Source: an uncultured Lentisphaerales bacterium (GTDB lineage: Bacteria; Verrucomicrobiota; Lentisphaeria; JABSQK01; CAJWLW01). Taken from it: a stretch of DNA of 64,000 nt. The translations under genes and the position numbers were made by a program. The notes beneath the pieces were generated by a model that saw only the letters and a program-made list of their open reading frames with translations, made no database searches and was not told the origin of the DNA. The stretch lies in the NCBI GenBank assembly GCA_964460215.1, contig CAYWQM010000007.1, positions 11,221 to 75,220 on the forward strand, in the 5' to 3' direction. How positions within the stretch are numbered: position 1 is the stretch's first letter; the number at the start of each line of letters is the position of its first letter. Below, in pieces: positions 38,088-47,487 of this stretch.

Positions 38088-39806
38088 CTACGGCGGCAGG
38101 ATGCGGCGGCCACGGTTGTCTTTCTTCGTCATGACCTCCGAGAGAATCTTCTTGAGCTCCGCGTCGTCGGAGTTACGGATCTCCTGGATCACCGCCTGGG
38201 ACTGTGGCGTCCGGGACTTGAACAAGAGCTTCACGGCCAGTGCGCGCATCTGCCGATCATCGTCGGTGGTCGTCGCCTCAAGGATTTCGACCCAGTCACC
38301 GATGCGGCGGCGGCCGATCTCACTCACAGCCAGGTACCGCACATCGTTGCGATCGTCGAGCAGCAGATCTATGAGAAACGGTTCCGCCACCGCCTTCGCC
38401 ATGGTTCGCGTCATCTGCACGGCCGCTTTCCGTACATCCGCATAACGGCTTTTGAGCAACTGCTGCTGTTGCTCCCGGTTCGGCGCAAAGCGTTTCTTGC
38501 TAAGCTGCCGGGCGGCGGTGTCGCGGACCTTGCGAGAGGCATCTTCGAGCAGACTGAACACCAGTTCGATATCTATTGTGGCAGCGAACGAACTGCAGTA
38601 CTTGCGCAACGCCTCGTAGCGGTATAGGCCGATGTCATGCTGTATCAGTTCGCGCAGGACTGATTCCCGGTTTTTTACATCGAGCCGGTGCAGCTGCTGA
38701 ATGATTTTTACCGCGGTTGATGTATGAATCCTCGGGTCGTCAAGGCGCGGTCGCAGGACCTCTTGGTACAACTTCGCCAGATTCGCTTGCCTGGAGTGGC
38801 GGAACAGCGCGTAAGACGCTTCCGTCGACACCTCGAAGTCTTCGTCCTCGGCCAGGGTTTGCAGAACCGGGTCGGCGCCCTTGAGGCCGCCCCTACCGAT
38901 GATCAGCGCCAGTTGCAGCCTGATGATGCGGTCTTCGTCGTTGGTCAGGTGCTGGACCAACGGCACGAACAACTCCGACCTCACACTGTTGCGGCAGGCT
39001 TTCAGCGCCAGCACCCGGACATCACGGTCGACATCGTTGATTCGTTCGATCAACGTTTCCGACGGGATAAACAATTTGAAGAGCCGATGATACGTCACCA
39101 TATTCTTGCGTACCGTGACGTCGTCATCGCTGTAGGCAGCAGTGATAAACTCCTGCGACTGCTTGGAGAATACGCGGGCCCGACGCCGGCCGAGACCGTA
39201 GATGAAGAAGTCCGGGATCGCCGACGTCGCGATACGCCGAATATGCACGCTCGGATCGTCAAACAACCGGATGACCGGGTCGAGATCGGTGAGCTGCCAT
39301 ACCCCCGCAACTTTCTTTGGCCGGCGCTCAGTCAGCGAGACCAAAGCTGACTGCCGCACCGCCTCCGACTCGTCGCCCAAACAGTGCACGACACCATCGC
39401 GCGCCGCCGAGGTGTGATACTTGCCGAGCACCGTGACTGCCCGCAGCCGGACATCCGCCGAATCACTGAGGATCTGTTCGAGACATTCGCGGACCGTTTC
39501 GTTTTCGGCTTGCTGGCTGGGGCCAACAGTTTTGTCTTCGGTCGGGTTACGTTTCGCGATGAACCGGCGCAACGCTTGCGTCTGCCCGGTGACATTTTCG
39601 TCCCGAGCCGGGGCAGCAGCGATCTTGGCGTACTTCTCCTGGACGTGGTTGTCGAGGCGCGTCCGCTCATCTGCCACTTCTCCAGGCACTGCTGCAGACA
39701 GCACCGGCACCTGCAACGCGATTGCCACGGCTACGGTCAGAGCGCCAAACACATCACCGGCGCAACGAACGCATGGATAGATGTGGGATCGTATGTGCAT
39801 ACGCAT
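38088..39806 (-). CDS. Secreted HEAT/PBS-lyase-like repeat protein.
   Basis: A signal peptide, then repeated segments resembling DP-x-VR-x-xA (HEAT-like). There is no catalytic motif. Confidence 0.55.
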   Translation of the reverse strand: MRMHIRSHIYPCVRCAGDVFGALTVAVAIALQVPVLSAAVPGEVADERTRLDNHVQEKYAKIAAAPARDENVTGQTQALRRFIAKRNPTEDKTVGPSQQAENETVRECLEQILSDSADVRLRAVTVLGKYHTSAARDGVVHCLGDESEAVRQSALVSLTERRPKKVAGVWQLTDLDPVIRLFDDPSVHIRRIATSAIPDFFIYGLGRRRARVFSKQSQEFITAAYSDDDVTVRKNMVTYHRLFKLFIPSETLIERINDVDRDVRVLALKACRNSVRSELFVPLVQHLTNDEDRIIRLQLALIIGRGGLKGADPVLQTLAEDEDFEVSTEASYALFRHSRQANLAKLYQEVLRPRLDDPRIHTSTAVKIIQQLHRLDVKNRESVLRELIQHDIGLYRYEALRKYCSSFAATIDIELVFSLLEDASRKVRDTAARQLSKKRFAPNREQQQQLLKSRYADVRKAAVQMTRTMAKAVAEPFLIDLLLDDRNDVRYLAVSEIGRRRIGDWVEILEATTTDDDRQMRALAVKLLFKSRTPQSQAVIQEIRNSDDAELKKILSEVMTKKDNRGRRILPP

Positions 39807-41191
39807 TAGACGGAATCGCCTGATTCCAGTTCCTTCCGCCAGAATGCCAGCTGCTCGTGTACCTTTGCCGGCGCCGTGCCGCCTGTGATATCACGCAACT
39901 CGACACTGCGCTCTGCCGTGAACAGTTCCAGACAGGCCGGTTCGGCTTCCGGAATCGTCTCACGCATCTGCTCGAGTGACGCCGTGTCCAAGCCAACGCC
40001 ATTGTCCCGGCACCAGGCGACATACTGCCCGACCCGGTGGTGAGCGATGCGAAACGGCATGCCATGGCCAACCAGCCATTCGGCCAGATCCGTTGCCATG
40101 AGTGCCGGATCGGCGGCGGCGGCGGCCATGTTTTCCGGCTTGATCGTGGCAGTGCGCATCATCGGCGCATAGGCCGTAAGCACCAGTTTGACCGTATCGA
40201 TCGCGTCAAACAGCGGCTCTTTGTCCTCCTGCATATCCCGGTTGTAGCACAGCGGCAGACCTTTCATCAAGGTCAGCAGCGACATCAATGCACCGCTGAC
40301 CCGGGCAGCCTTGCCCCTGGTGAGTTCGGCGATGTCGGGGTTCTTCTTCTGCGGCATCAGGCTCGAGCCGGTACAAAAGGCGTCGTCCAACTCGATGTAA
40401 TCGCACGCCTGCGAGGCCCACAGAATGACGTCCTCGGAGAGCCGCGACAGATGGGTCATCAGAATTGCCAGGTCAGCGCCCAGCTCGATCGCGAAATCCC
40501 TCGAAGCCACCGCATCCATGCTGTTGCGCATGACCCGGTCAAAGCCGAGCTCGGCCGCCACCTGCTGGCGGTCGAGAGGCAACGTGCTGCCGGCCACTGC
40601 CCCAGCACCCAGCGGCGACTCGTTAAGCCGTATCCGGCAGTCGCTCAGCCGGCTGTGGTCCCGCTCCAACATCTCGACATAGGCCAACAGATGGTGGGCA
40701 AAAAGCACCGGCTGTGCGTTCTGCAGGTGCGTCAGCCCCGGCAGAATAGCACTGTCATTGGCACTGCCCAGCTCGACCAGCGCCTTCTGCAAATCGCGCA
40801 CCCGTCTGCTGATGTCGCTGATTTCGTCGCGCAGATAGAGCCGGATATCGGTGGCGATCTGATCGTTCCGGCTGCGGCCGGCGTGAATTTGGGCGCCGCT
40901 GTCGCCGAGCCGCTCGATCAACCGGCTTTCGATGTTCATGTGAATATCTTCGAGCGCCGTATCGAATTCGAAATCACCGGCATCGATCTGCTCCCGGATC
41001 TGCAACAGCTCGGCAACGATCGACTCGGCGTCCACTGTTGGCACAACTCCGGATGCCGCCAGCATCTTGACATGCGCGATGCTGCCCGCGATGTCATAGG
41101 CATATAGACGTTGGTCAAACGAGATCGACTCGCTCAGTGCAGCGACAACCTCGTCCGGGTCACTGGAAAACCGTCCGCTCCACAATGCCAT
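39806..41191 (-). CDS. argH: Argininosuccinate lyase.
   Basis: The N-terminus is MALWSGRFS. The fumarate-lyase family signature region GSSLMPQKKNPD is present. Confidence 0.95.
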   Translation of the reverse strand: MALWSGRFSSDPDEVVAALSESISFDQRLYAYDIAGSIAHVKMLAASGVVPTVDAESIVAELLQIREQIDAGDFEFDTALEDIHMNIESRLIERLGDSGAQIHAGRSRNDQIATDIRLYLRDEISDISRRVRDLQKALVELGSANDSAILPGLTHLQNAQPVLFAHHLLAYVEMLERDHSRLSDCRIRLNESPLGAGAVAGSTLPLDRQQVAAELGFDRVMRNSMDAVASRDFAIELGADLAILMTHLSRLSEDVILWASQACDYIELDDAFCTGSSLMPQKKNPDIAELTRGKAARVSGALMSLLTLMKGLPLCYNRDMQEDKEPLFDAIDTVKLVLTAYAPMMRTATIKPENMAAAAADPALMATDLAEWLVGHGMPFRIAHHRVGQYVAWCRDNGVGLDTASLEQMRETIPEAEPACLELFTAERSVELRDITGGTAPAKVHEQLAFWRKELESGDSV

Positions 41192-41550
41192 TTTCGTCCG
41201 TCTCCTACCTGCGGCAACGCCGCGCCCGGTGTCAAGTTCAAGTGTCAGGAGTCAGGTATCAGCGCATATCCAGCGTCACGAAATCTGCTCCAGTCGGTTC
41301 TGCCGTGATCACTAATATAAGAGTCCTAAAGCCCTACCGCATCTTCCGATGGTGGAAAACCGGCAACTTTCACCATGACCATGGGCACCTCGATCTTCTG
41401 TGGCACAAGCGTGAAAGCCCCGTGGAGCCACCTGAAGAATGGCAGATCACCGATGGACGCGCTACCTTATTGCTTCTACCGCTTGGCCTCGCTATTCCTG
41501 GCCTTGCCGCCGTCACAGTCACAGTCTCTCAGCCCCACTTCTGAACTTCC

Positions 41551-42423
41551 ATGCAATCCCCCGCTTCCACCGTCGAGCGGCCGGTCGGACAGACCGTCGG
41601 CACATCCTGGGCACTGCTCAAGTTTCTGCTGGGCCGTATCAACCGATTGCTCAAATGGCCGTTCTACAAGCTCTACGAGCACCGACTCGGGACGGCGGCT
41701 TTGCGCTGGATGCGGCCTGAGCACATCGGCATTATCCTCGACGGCAACCGCCGGTTCGCGCGGCAATGGGGGTTGAACAGAATCATTGACGGCCATTCCA
41801 TGGGGGCCGATAAGCTCGATGAAGTACTCAACTGGTGTTTCGAATACAACGTTCCCTGTGCCACGATATGGATCTTCTCACTCGACAACTTCGATCGCGA
41901 CCCGGAGGAAGTCAAAGGACTGCTCGACCTGATCGAGAAACGCACGCGTAAAATGCTGCAGGACCCGCGCATCCGCGAAAACAAGATTCGACTCCGGTAC
42001 ATGGGCCGCCTCGATCTTTTGCCGGAGAGCCTGCGCGAGGCGATCGCCGACATCGAGGAGGCAACGAAAGATCACGACCAGTTTCTGCTCAATGTCGCTA
42101 TCGCCTACGGCGGCCGCGAGGAGATCACCGATGCGTTCTGCCAGTACCTCACCGATCAGCAGGCCAGCGGCAAGGCGCTCGAAGAGGTCCTGCCGACACT
42201 CGACGCCGAAAGCATCAAGCCATTCCTCTATACCAGCGGACTGCCGGATCCGGATCTGATCATCCGCACCAGCGGCGAAGTGCGGCTCTCAGGGTTTTTG
42301 CTGTGGCAAAGCGCTTACGCCGAATATTACTTCTGCGACACCTTCTGGCCGGACTTCCGAAAGATCGACTTCCTCCGCGCCCTGCGTTCTTACCACCTGC
42401 GTCAGCGGCGATTCGGCCGATAG
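41551..42423 (+). CDS. uppS: Isoprenyl transferase (cis-prenyltransferase, undecaprenyl-diphosphate synthase-like) with an N-terminal extension of about 50 aa.
   Basis: HIGIILDGNRRFA, the RTSGEVRLSGFLLWQ segment and the ending R-x-FG are present. Confidence 0.85.
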   Translation: MQSPASTVERPVGQTVGTSWALLKFLLGRINRLLKWPFYKLYEHRLGTAALRWMRPEHIGIILDGNRRFARQWGLNRIIDGHSMGADKLDEVLNWCFEYNVPCATIWIFSLDNFDRDPEEVKGLLDLIEKRTRKMLQDPRIRENKIRLRYMGRLDLLPESLREAIADIEEATKDHDQFLLNVAIAYGGREEITDAFCQYLTDQQASGKALEEVLPTLDAESIKPFLYTSGLPDPDLIIRTSGEVRLSGFLLWQSAYAEYYFCDTFWPDFRKIDFLRALRSYHLRQRRFGR

Positions 42424-42521
42424 GCCAAGCCTCGACTGGGGCCTTGGTCCGCGTCAGCCTTACCAATTCGCAGTGGCGGCGTCACGGATAGCGAAATAAG
42501 GCGTGCGGTCCGCTTGCAAGG

Positions 42522-43781
42522 CTATTTACGATCGAAGATGCCGCGGATCGCGCCGGCCAAGTCGACCATGCGATAGGGTTTGCGCAGGAAGCCTTTGGCA
42601 CCGGCCTCGAGCACATCGCGTGCGTCCTCTTCCTCGACGTAGCCACTGGACAGCAGCACGTTGACCTTCGGGTCGATTTCCTTCAACGCGAAAAAGGCAT
42701 CGTGCCCGTTCATTTCCGGCATCACCATGTCCAGCAGGATGAGGTCGATCTCGTCGCGGTTAGACTCGTAGATTTCCACACAGTCCTTGCCGTTCGCAGC
42801 CAGCAAAACGGTGTAACCGAGGGTCTGCAGCATCTCGATGACGACATCCCATATGATGCCCTCGTCGTCGACCAGCAGAATCGTCTCCGTCCCCTGCAGC
42901 ATCTCATCGTCCACAGCCTGTTCGCCATACATTTCGACGCGATTGCGGCGGAACGGAAATAACAGGGCCAGTGACTCCAGATCGTTTTCTTTTTTCACAC
43001 ACAGCATGTCGCCGCCGTGCAAACGGACGGTGCCATACATCGAAATGAAATTGTCGGCCAGCTCCAGGTTCGGCGAAATCACCTGCTTCTCGAAAAACCC
43101 GACAAACTCCTGATTATCGAACTCCCGCTCCTGCCGACTGACCAGCAGCAACGTGTACTCGCCGCCCTCCAGCACCGACTTGCAGGACTTAAAAAACTCG
43201 TCAGTAAAAACCTCAGCGCGTACGGTGATATGCAGCTTATCCGTTTCTTCAGGTGTGTCGGTGCGGAACACCGTGGGCAGTTCGAAGAAAACCTGCTGCA
43301 GCAGATGCAGCCGTCCCCAGGCAAAGTTTTCACGGTCCTGGACATGGCTGAAGTCGAGATCGAACTCGGTCTGGCCGATCTTTTTCAGCCGTCGTGACAC
43401 ACCGGTGACCAGGGACTGCAGATCGACCGACTCGAAATCGCGGCGGTGAACATCCAGCGCGCGGTCCAGGCTCTTGAGCAGTTCGAAGGCAACCTGTAAA
43501 GCGATGTCGCCTTCCTGCAGATAAATCTTGCCAGTCGGACTTTCCTCGAGCTCGAGTTCAAGCAACGCGTGATAGCTCGAAAGCCGGTGGAACATGTGAG
43601 CTAGACCGTTGTGAATACCGAAAGTGGTCGCGACCAGGCTTTCCAACTGTTCTTCGTCGGAAATCATGTCTCTCAGAATGCTGTCTAGGTTTTCCATCGT
43701 CTGTCCCTGTTCGATTCCATACGATACAGAATGCACGCCAAAATCAGCGTCTCCGGATGTAAATGCTCTGCAAAATTCCAA
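42522..43781 (-). CDS. Response regulator with a C-terminal receiver domain and an unknown N-terminal domain of about 290 aa.
   Basis: The C-terminus is ILLVDDEG...DLILLDMVMPEMNG...K, a classic REC domain with the conserved aspartates. I recognise no output domain in the N-terminal part. Confidence 0.65.
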   Translation of the reverse strand: MEFCRAFTSGDADFGVHSVSYGIEQGQTMENLDSILRDMISDEEQLESLVATTFGIHNGLAHMFHRLSSYHALLELELEESPTGKIYLQEGDIALQVAFELLKSLDRALDVHRRDFESVDLQSLVTGVSRRLKKIGQTEFDLDFSHVQDRENFAWGRLHLLQQVFFELPTVFRTDTPEETDKLHITVRAEVFTDEFFKSCKSVLEGGEYTLLLVSRQEREFDNQEFVGFFEKQVISPNLELADNFISMYGTVRLHGGDMLCVKKENDLESLALLFPFRRNRVEMYGEQAVDDEMLQGTETILLVDDEGIIWDVVIEMLQTLGYTVLLAANGKDCVEIYESNRDEIDLILLDMVMPEMNGHDAFFALKEIDPKVNVLLSSGYVEEEDARDVLEAGAKGFLRKPYRMVDLAGAIRGIFDRK

Positions 43782-44892
43782 TGCAGCCCATAGTCAACAG
43801 CATGAACGACCCACCGGAGCTGACAAAAGGCAGCGGGATGCCGATGATCGGCGCCATGCCGACAGTCATGCCAATGTTGATGTAGACATGGCAACAGAAC
43901 ATCACCGCAATGCCGCACGCCACATTGCGCCCGAATTCGTCACATGCTTGTGATGCAATATAGACGCTCAGAAGCAAAATCAGTAACTCCAGCACAATTA
44001 CTGCCGTGCTGCCAACAAAACCGGTCTCTTCGGCGATCACCGAAAAAATGAAGTCCGTATGCGAAACGTTGCGCGGCAGGTAGCCAAGTGTATTCTGCGT
44101 GCCATTCATGAACCCCTTGCCCGACAAGCCGCCGCTGCCCACTGCCAGCAACGACTGCCGCGCGTTCCAACCGCTGCGTGTCGTGTCGCTTGACGGGTTG
44201 AGAAAAATCCGGATCCGGTTGCGCTGGTGCTCGGCCAGCACCTGATGAAAGATGATCGGCGACAACAGCGTAACAATCACCCCCGCGTAAACCAGCCAGC
44301 GCGCCGGTAAGCCGGCGACAAAAACAATCCCGACCACAATCGGCACCAGAACCATGGCGCTGCCGTAATCCGGCTGCAACGCGATCAGCGCCATCGGCAA
44401 CGCCAACAGCAGGGCGAACGGAAAAAGATGCCGCCAACGGCTAAGGTGCATCGATTGTCGTGATGCCAGCCACGCGACCGGTAGGATGACACCGAGCTTT
44501 GCGAACTCCGCCGGCTGCAGCGTCTTACCGCCGGGCAGCACAATCCAACTGCGCGCACCGTGGATTTCCCGGCCGATCAGCAGCACCGCGATCAGCAGGG
44601 CGATCGTCCCGACATAGATCAGATGCGAACCACGCCCGAGCCATTCATAGTCGATCGACGCCAGCACGAGCATCCCGCCCAGACCGATCACCACCCACAT
44701 CGCCTGATTCTGCCAGACCAGTTCAAAACCACCACCGTGCTGCCGGCCAATGGCAAAGATAAACGCGATGCCGATGCTGCACAGGCAGCCGACGACCGCC
44801 AGCAGCAGCCAGTTCATCCGACGCAGCCCCCTGCAGGCCTCGCTGGTATGCTGCCACCAGGTGTGCGGTTGTCTATGGGCCGCGGCGCGCAA
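43744..44892 (-). CDS. SEDS-family peptidoglycan glycosyltransferase (FtsW/RodA). The start is probably the internal Met near 44814.
   Basis: A ten-transmembrane profile with the motifs PAEFAKL, DFIFSVIAEETGFVG and PFVSSGGSSM-like. Confidence 0.85.
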   Translation of the reverse strand: MRAAAHRQPHTWWQHTSEACRGLRRMNWLLLAVVGCLCSIGIAFIFAIGRQHGGGFELVWQNQAMWVVIGLGGMLVLASIDYEWLGRGSHLIYVGTIALLIAVLLIGREIHGARSWIVLPGGKTLQPAEFAKLGVILPVAWLASRQSMHLSRWRHLFPFALLLALPMALIALQPDYGSAMVLVPIVVGIVFVAGLPARWLVYAGVIVTLLSPIIFHQVLAEHQRNRIRIFLNPSSDTTRSGWNARQSLLAVGSGGLSGKGFMNGTQNTLGYLPRNVSHTDFIFSVIAEETGFVGSTAVIVLELLILLLSVYIASQACDEFGRNVACGIAVMFCCHVYINIGMTVGMAPIIGIPLPFVSSGGSFMLLTMGCIGILQSIYIRRR

Positions 44893-44928
44893 AAGTCGGG
44901 TCCTTCATAGGGGGATTTCCAGTGAGAG

Positions 44929-45498
44929 CTACACGCTGAGCATGACTTGATTCAGGCCGGCCTGTACAAGACCGATAAGGGCACCGAGAATCCCGCCAAA
45001 GATGGTGATGTGCCGAAACTCACGCCGGGAAAAACCAAGGATCAGTTCTTCGAGCTGCGCGATGTCCATGGCGTTGATTTTCTCTTCGAGTTGCTGCCGG
45101 ATATTCAGCGCGCCGCCGTGCTCCACCGCTTCGTTTGCCATGTCCTCGATACCTTCAAGGATTTTGCCGACAATTTTCGGTTTGAGCTGCTCGAGCATAC
45201 CGGCAAAGGGGCCGAGCAAGCCCGCCAGCTCATTGACCTTGTCCTCGATCGCGCGCCGGGCATGGGCGCCGGTGATGAACTCGTGGATCTCTGAGCTCGA
45301 CAGCAGCTTGCTCTCGAACGTCTGTGCAATGTTCGCAGCGATCTTTTCGCGATTGCGCGGGATCACCCCCGGCGTCAGCGGCAGGGACAAGTTGCCGACC
45401 ATGATCGGACGATACGGGCGAAACAGCATTTTGATAGCGATCTGGTTGGTCAATGCACCGATGATTGCGCCAACGATCGGAAACAATATAAAGGTCAT
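44929..45498 (-). CDS. DUF445-family protein.
   Basis: An N-terminal transmembrane helix with FRPYRP, and a C-terminal GGILGALIGLVQ. This matches the DUF445/YheB-like pattern. Confidence 0.55.
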   Translation of the reverse strand: MTFILFPIVGAIIGALTNQIAIKMLFRPYRPIMVGNLSLPLTPGVIPRNREKIAANIAQTFESKLLSSSEIHEFITGAHARRAIEDKVNELAGLLGPFAGMLEQLKPKIVGKILEGIEDMANEAVEHGGALNIRQQLEEKINAMDIAQLEELILGFSRREFRHITIFGGILGALIGLVQAGLNQVMLSV

Positions 45499-45508
45499 CC
45501 GCAGTCGG

Positions 45509-45805
45509 CTACTGGTTCCAGGCGTTCAGGTCTCGCGCCAGATTGATGTCCGCCTGTGTCAGGCCGCCTTCGCTATGGGTCGTCACCTCGACTGCTACTT
45601 TTTTCTCGCCGCTGAGAAACGAGAAATCGGGATGATGATTCTGCGCCACAATTGTCGCGGTCAAGTGCGGCAAGAAAGCGTTGATCTCTTTGAAGTTGGC
45701 AAAAATGAAGTCTTTCTTCATAAAAATGCCGTCCTGGCGCCAGCCGTCCAGCGTCGCCAACTCCGCGGCGATCTGTTCGTCGGTCAGTGCGGTCTTGTCT
45801 TCCAT
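45509..45805 (-). CDS. Pterin-4a-carbinolamine dehydratase.
   Basis: It is about 98 aa and fits the PCD/DCoH family, with the core E-x-HHP (QNHHPD) motif. Confidence 0.85.
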   Translation of the reverse strand: MEDKTALTDEQIAAELATLDGWRQDGIFMKKDFIFANFKEINAFLPHLTATIVAQNHHPDFSFLSGEKKVAVEVTTHSEGGLTQADINLARDLNAWNQ

Positions 45806-45826
45806 GTTAAGCGCCTCCCTGTTCCC

Positions 45827-46561
45827 TCATGCTCTGGGATTGTTTACAATCGCTCGGCCGCCATCGATATGCAAAATCGATCCCGACGTAAAATCCGAGC
45901 CCTCGACAAAAAATTTTACAGCAGCCACGGCGTCATCCGGGCTGCCGATACGTTTCAGCGGTGTCATTTCGGCAATCCGTTTCAACCCGTCCTCGGTCGC
46001 ATCCGACGGCGGCAGAATTGTCCCGGGGCATACGCAATTGACACGAACGCGCGGCGCCAATTCCTGAGCCAGGGCTTTGCTTAGCGCGATGACGCCGGCT
46101 TTCGAGACGCAGTACGGCAGATAGTCGGCATAGGCCCGTTCGCCGGCCCAGTCACCGAAGGTTACAATAACCCCGCCTTCGTTCATCCGCGGTGCCACTG
46201 CCCGGGCCAACAAAAAAGTCGCCTTGAGATTGGCATCCATATGAAAATCCCAATCATCCTCGCTAACTGCCGACCAGGGCGTGCGGCGAAACACCGCGGC
46301 AGCTGCCACAACCACGTCGAGCTGACCAAAGCGATCGGTGACGTCGGCTGCCAACGCCTCGACGTCCGCGGCGGCCGTGAGGTCGGCACCGAAGCTTGCG
46401 GATTCCGCACCGGCAGCCTGCAGCTCGCCGACAACGGCAGCGGCCTCGGCAGTACTGGTGTGATAGTGCACGGCCACCCGGTCGCCAGTCTGAACCAGCC
46501 CCAGCGCAATCGCTCTGCCGATGCGTCTCGCGGCTCCCGTGATGAGAATTGTCCGGCTCAT
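45827..46561 (-). CDS. SDR-family reductase, pteridine reductase (PTR1/FolM)-like.
   Basis: ITGAARRIGRA is the NADPH-binding motif and the catalytic Y-x3-K is YCVSK. It lies next to the PCD gene. Confidence 0.7.
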   Translation of the reverse strand: MSRTILITGAARRIGRAIALGLVQTGDRVAVHYHTSTAEAAAVVGELQAAGAESASFGADLTAAADVEALAADVTDRFGQLDVVVAAAAVFRRTPWSAVSEDDWDFHMDANLKATFLLARAVAPRMNEGGVIVTFGDWAGERAYADYLPYCVSKAGVIALSKALAQELAPRVRVNCVCPGTILPPSDATEDGLKRIAEMTPLKRIGSPDDAVAAVKFFVEGSDFTSGSILHIDGGRAIVNNPRA

Positions 46562-46900
46562 TGGCTACTCCGTTTGCCACGCGGAATATATAGCTTTGCG
46601 ATCAGGTTCACAGCCTGCGGCACCGCCGAATTTAATTCCCACGCAACTTCACAGTGGTCACTTGCAATCATAAAATCCGCCAGGCCACGCGACGGCAGGG
46701 GACATCGGGTACGGGGATTTGTCTCACAAGTTTGTTCAACACATCGACCTCGATATTCCCGTCCAACGTGCCATCAGTACAATACACTTTGAGCGCTCGC
46801 TTGTTATCGTTCGCAATGCCTGAAAAAGATCGTCATGTGTTCCGGCGCCCAGGCAACCGTGAAATCTTGGCGCTGACTTAATCTATTGTACATTGGTTGT

Positions 46901-47383
46901 ATGCAAACAAGGATAATTTTCGTCTGCCTCGGGAATATCTGCCGGTCACCTGCCGCCGAAGGCGTCATGCAGCAAAAAGTCGACGCTGCCGGCCTACAGG
47001 GCCGTATCAAGCTCGACTCCGCCGGCACCATCGCCTATCACGCCGGTGACCGCGCCGACAGCAGGATGCGCAGCACGGCCAAGCGCCGCGGCTACAATCT
47101 CACCAGCATCTCCCGCTGCCTAACGCAGGAGGATCTCGGGACATTCGATTACATCGTCACCATGGACGACAGCAACTACGGCGACACCGCCAGCCTCATC
47201 GAACACCACGGCCAAACTGGAAAACTCGTCAAGTTCACTGATTTCTGCCGGCACCACGACGTTTCCGAAGTACCCGATCCGTACTACGGCGGCAACGACG
47301 GCTTCGAGCGCGTGCTTGATATCCTCGAGGACGGCTGCGACGGCCTGCTCGACAAGGTCCGCGAACTGCACCGGGAAGATTAA
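46901..47383 (+). CDS. Low-molecular-weight protein tyrosine phosphatase.
   Basis: The P-loop C-x5-R (VCLGNICRSP) and the Asp-Pro loop (DPYY) are present. Confidence 0.85.
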   Translation: MQTRIIFVCLGNICRSPAAEGVMQQKVDAAGLQGRIKLDSAGTIAYHAGDRADSRMRSTAKRRGYNLTSISRCLTQEDLGTFDYIVTMDDSNYGDTASLIEHHGQTGKLVKFTDFCRHHDVSEVPDPYYGGNDGFERVLDILEDGCDGLLDKVRELHRED

Positions 47384-47487
47384 AAGAGGCCCAACGCGAT
47401 TCCGTACCGCTGCATTCCAGTCACGGCGTTGGGATTTTTCGGTTTCCGCACCCCGTGGCATTATTGCCTGACGCCGAACAGTAAAAG

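Noticed and set aside
40037-41107. A 356-aa plus-strand ORF antisense to argH.
   Set aside because: argH is unambiguous on the minus strand. The antisense ORF is a GC-content artefact.
41192-41300. A possible SRP or 4.5S-like or other known ncRNA, flagged by the gtcaggagtcaggtatcagc segment.
   Set aside because: It does not match the conserved SRP RNA domain IV motif or other ncRNA signatures I can recall. It would need a covariance-model scan.
41137-41544. A 135-aa plus-strand ORF in the argH/uppS intergenic region.
   Set aside because: Poor codon bias and no motif. It overlaps the argH start. I treat it as non-coding, possibly a structured RNA.
42424-42521. A possible bidirectional terminator hairpin (GGCCAAG…CTTGGTCC) between the convergent uppS and response-regulator genes.
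   Set aside because: The stem is imperfect with no flanking U-tract. I am not confident enough to call it a terminator.
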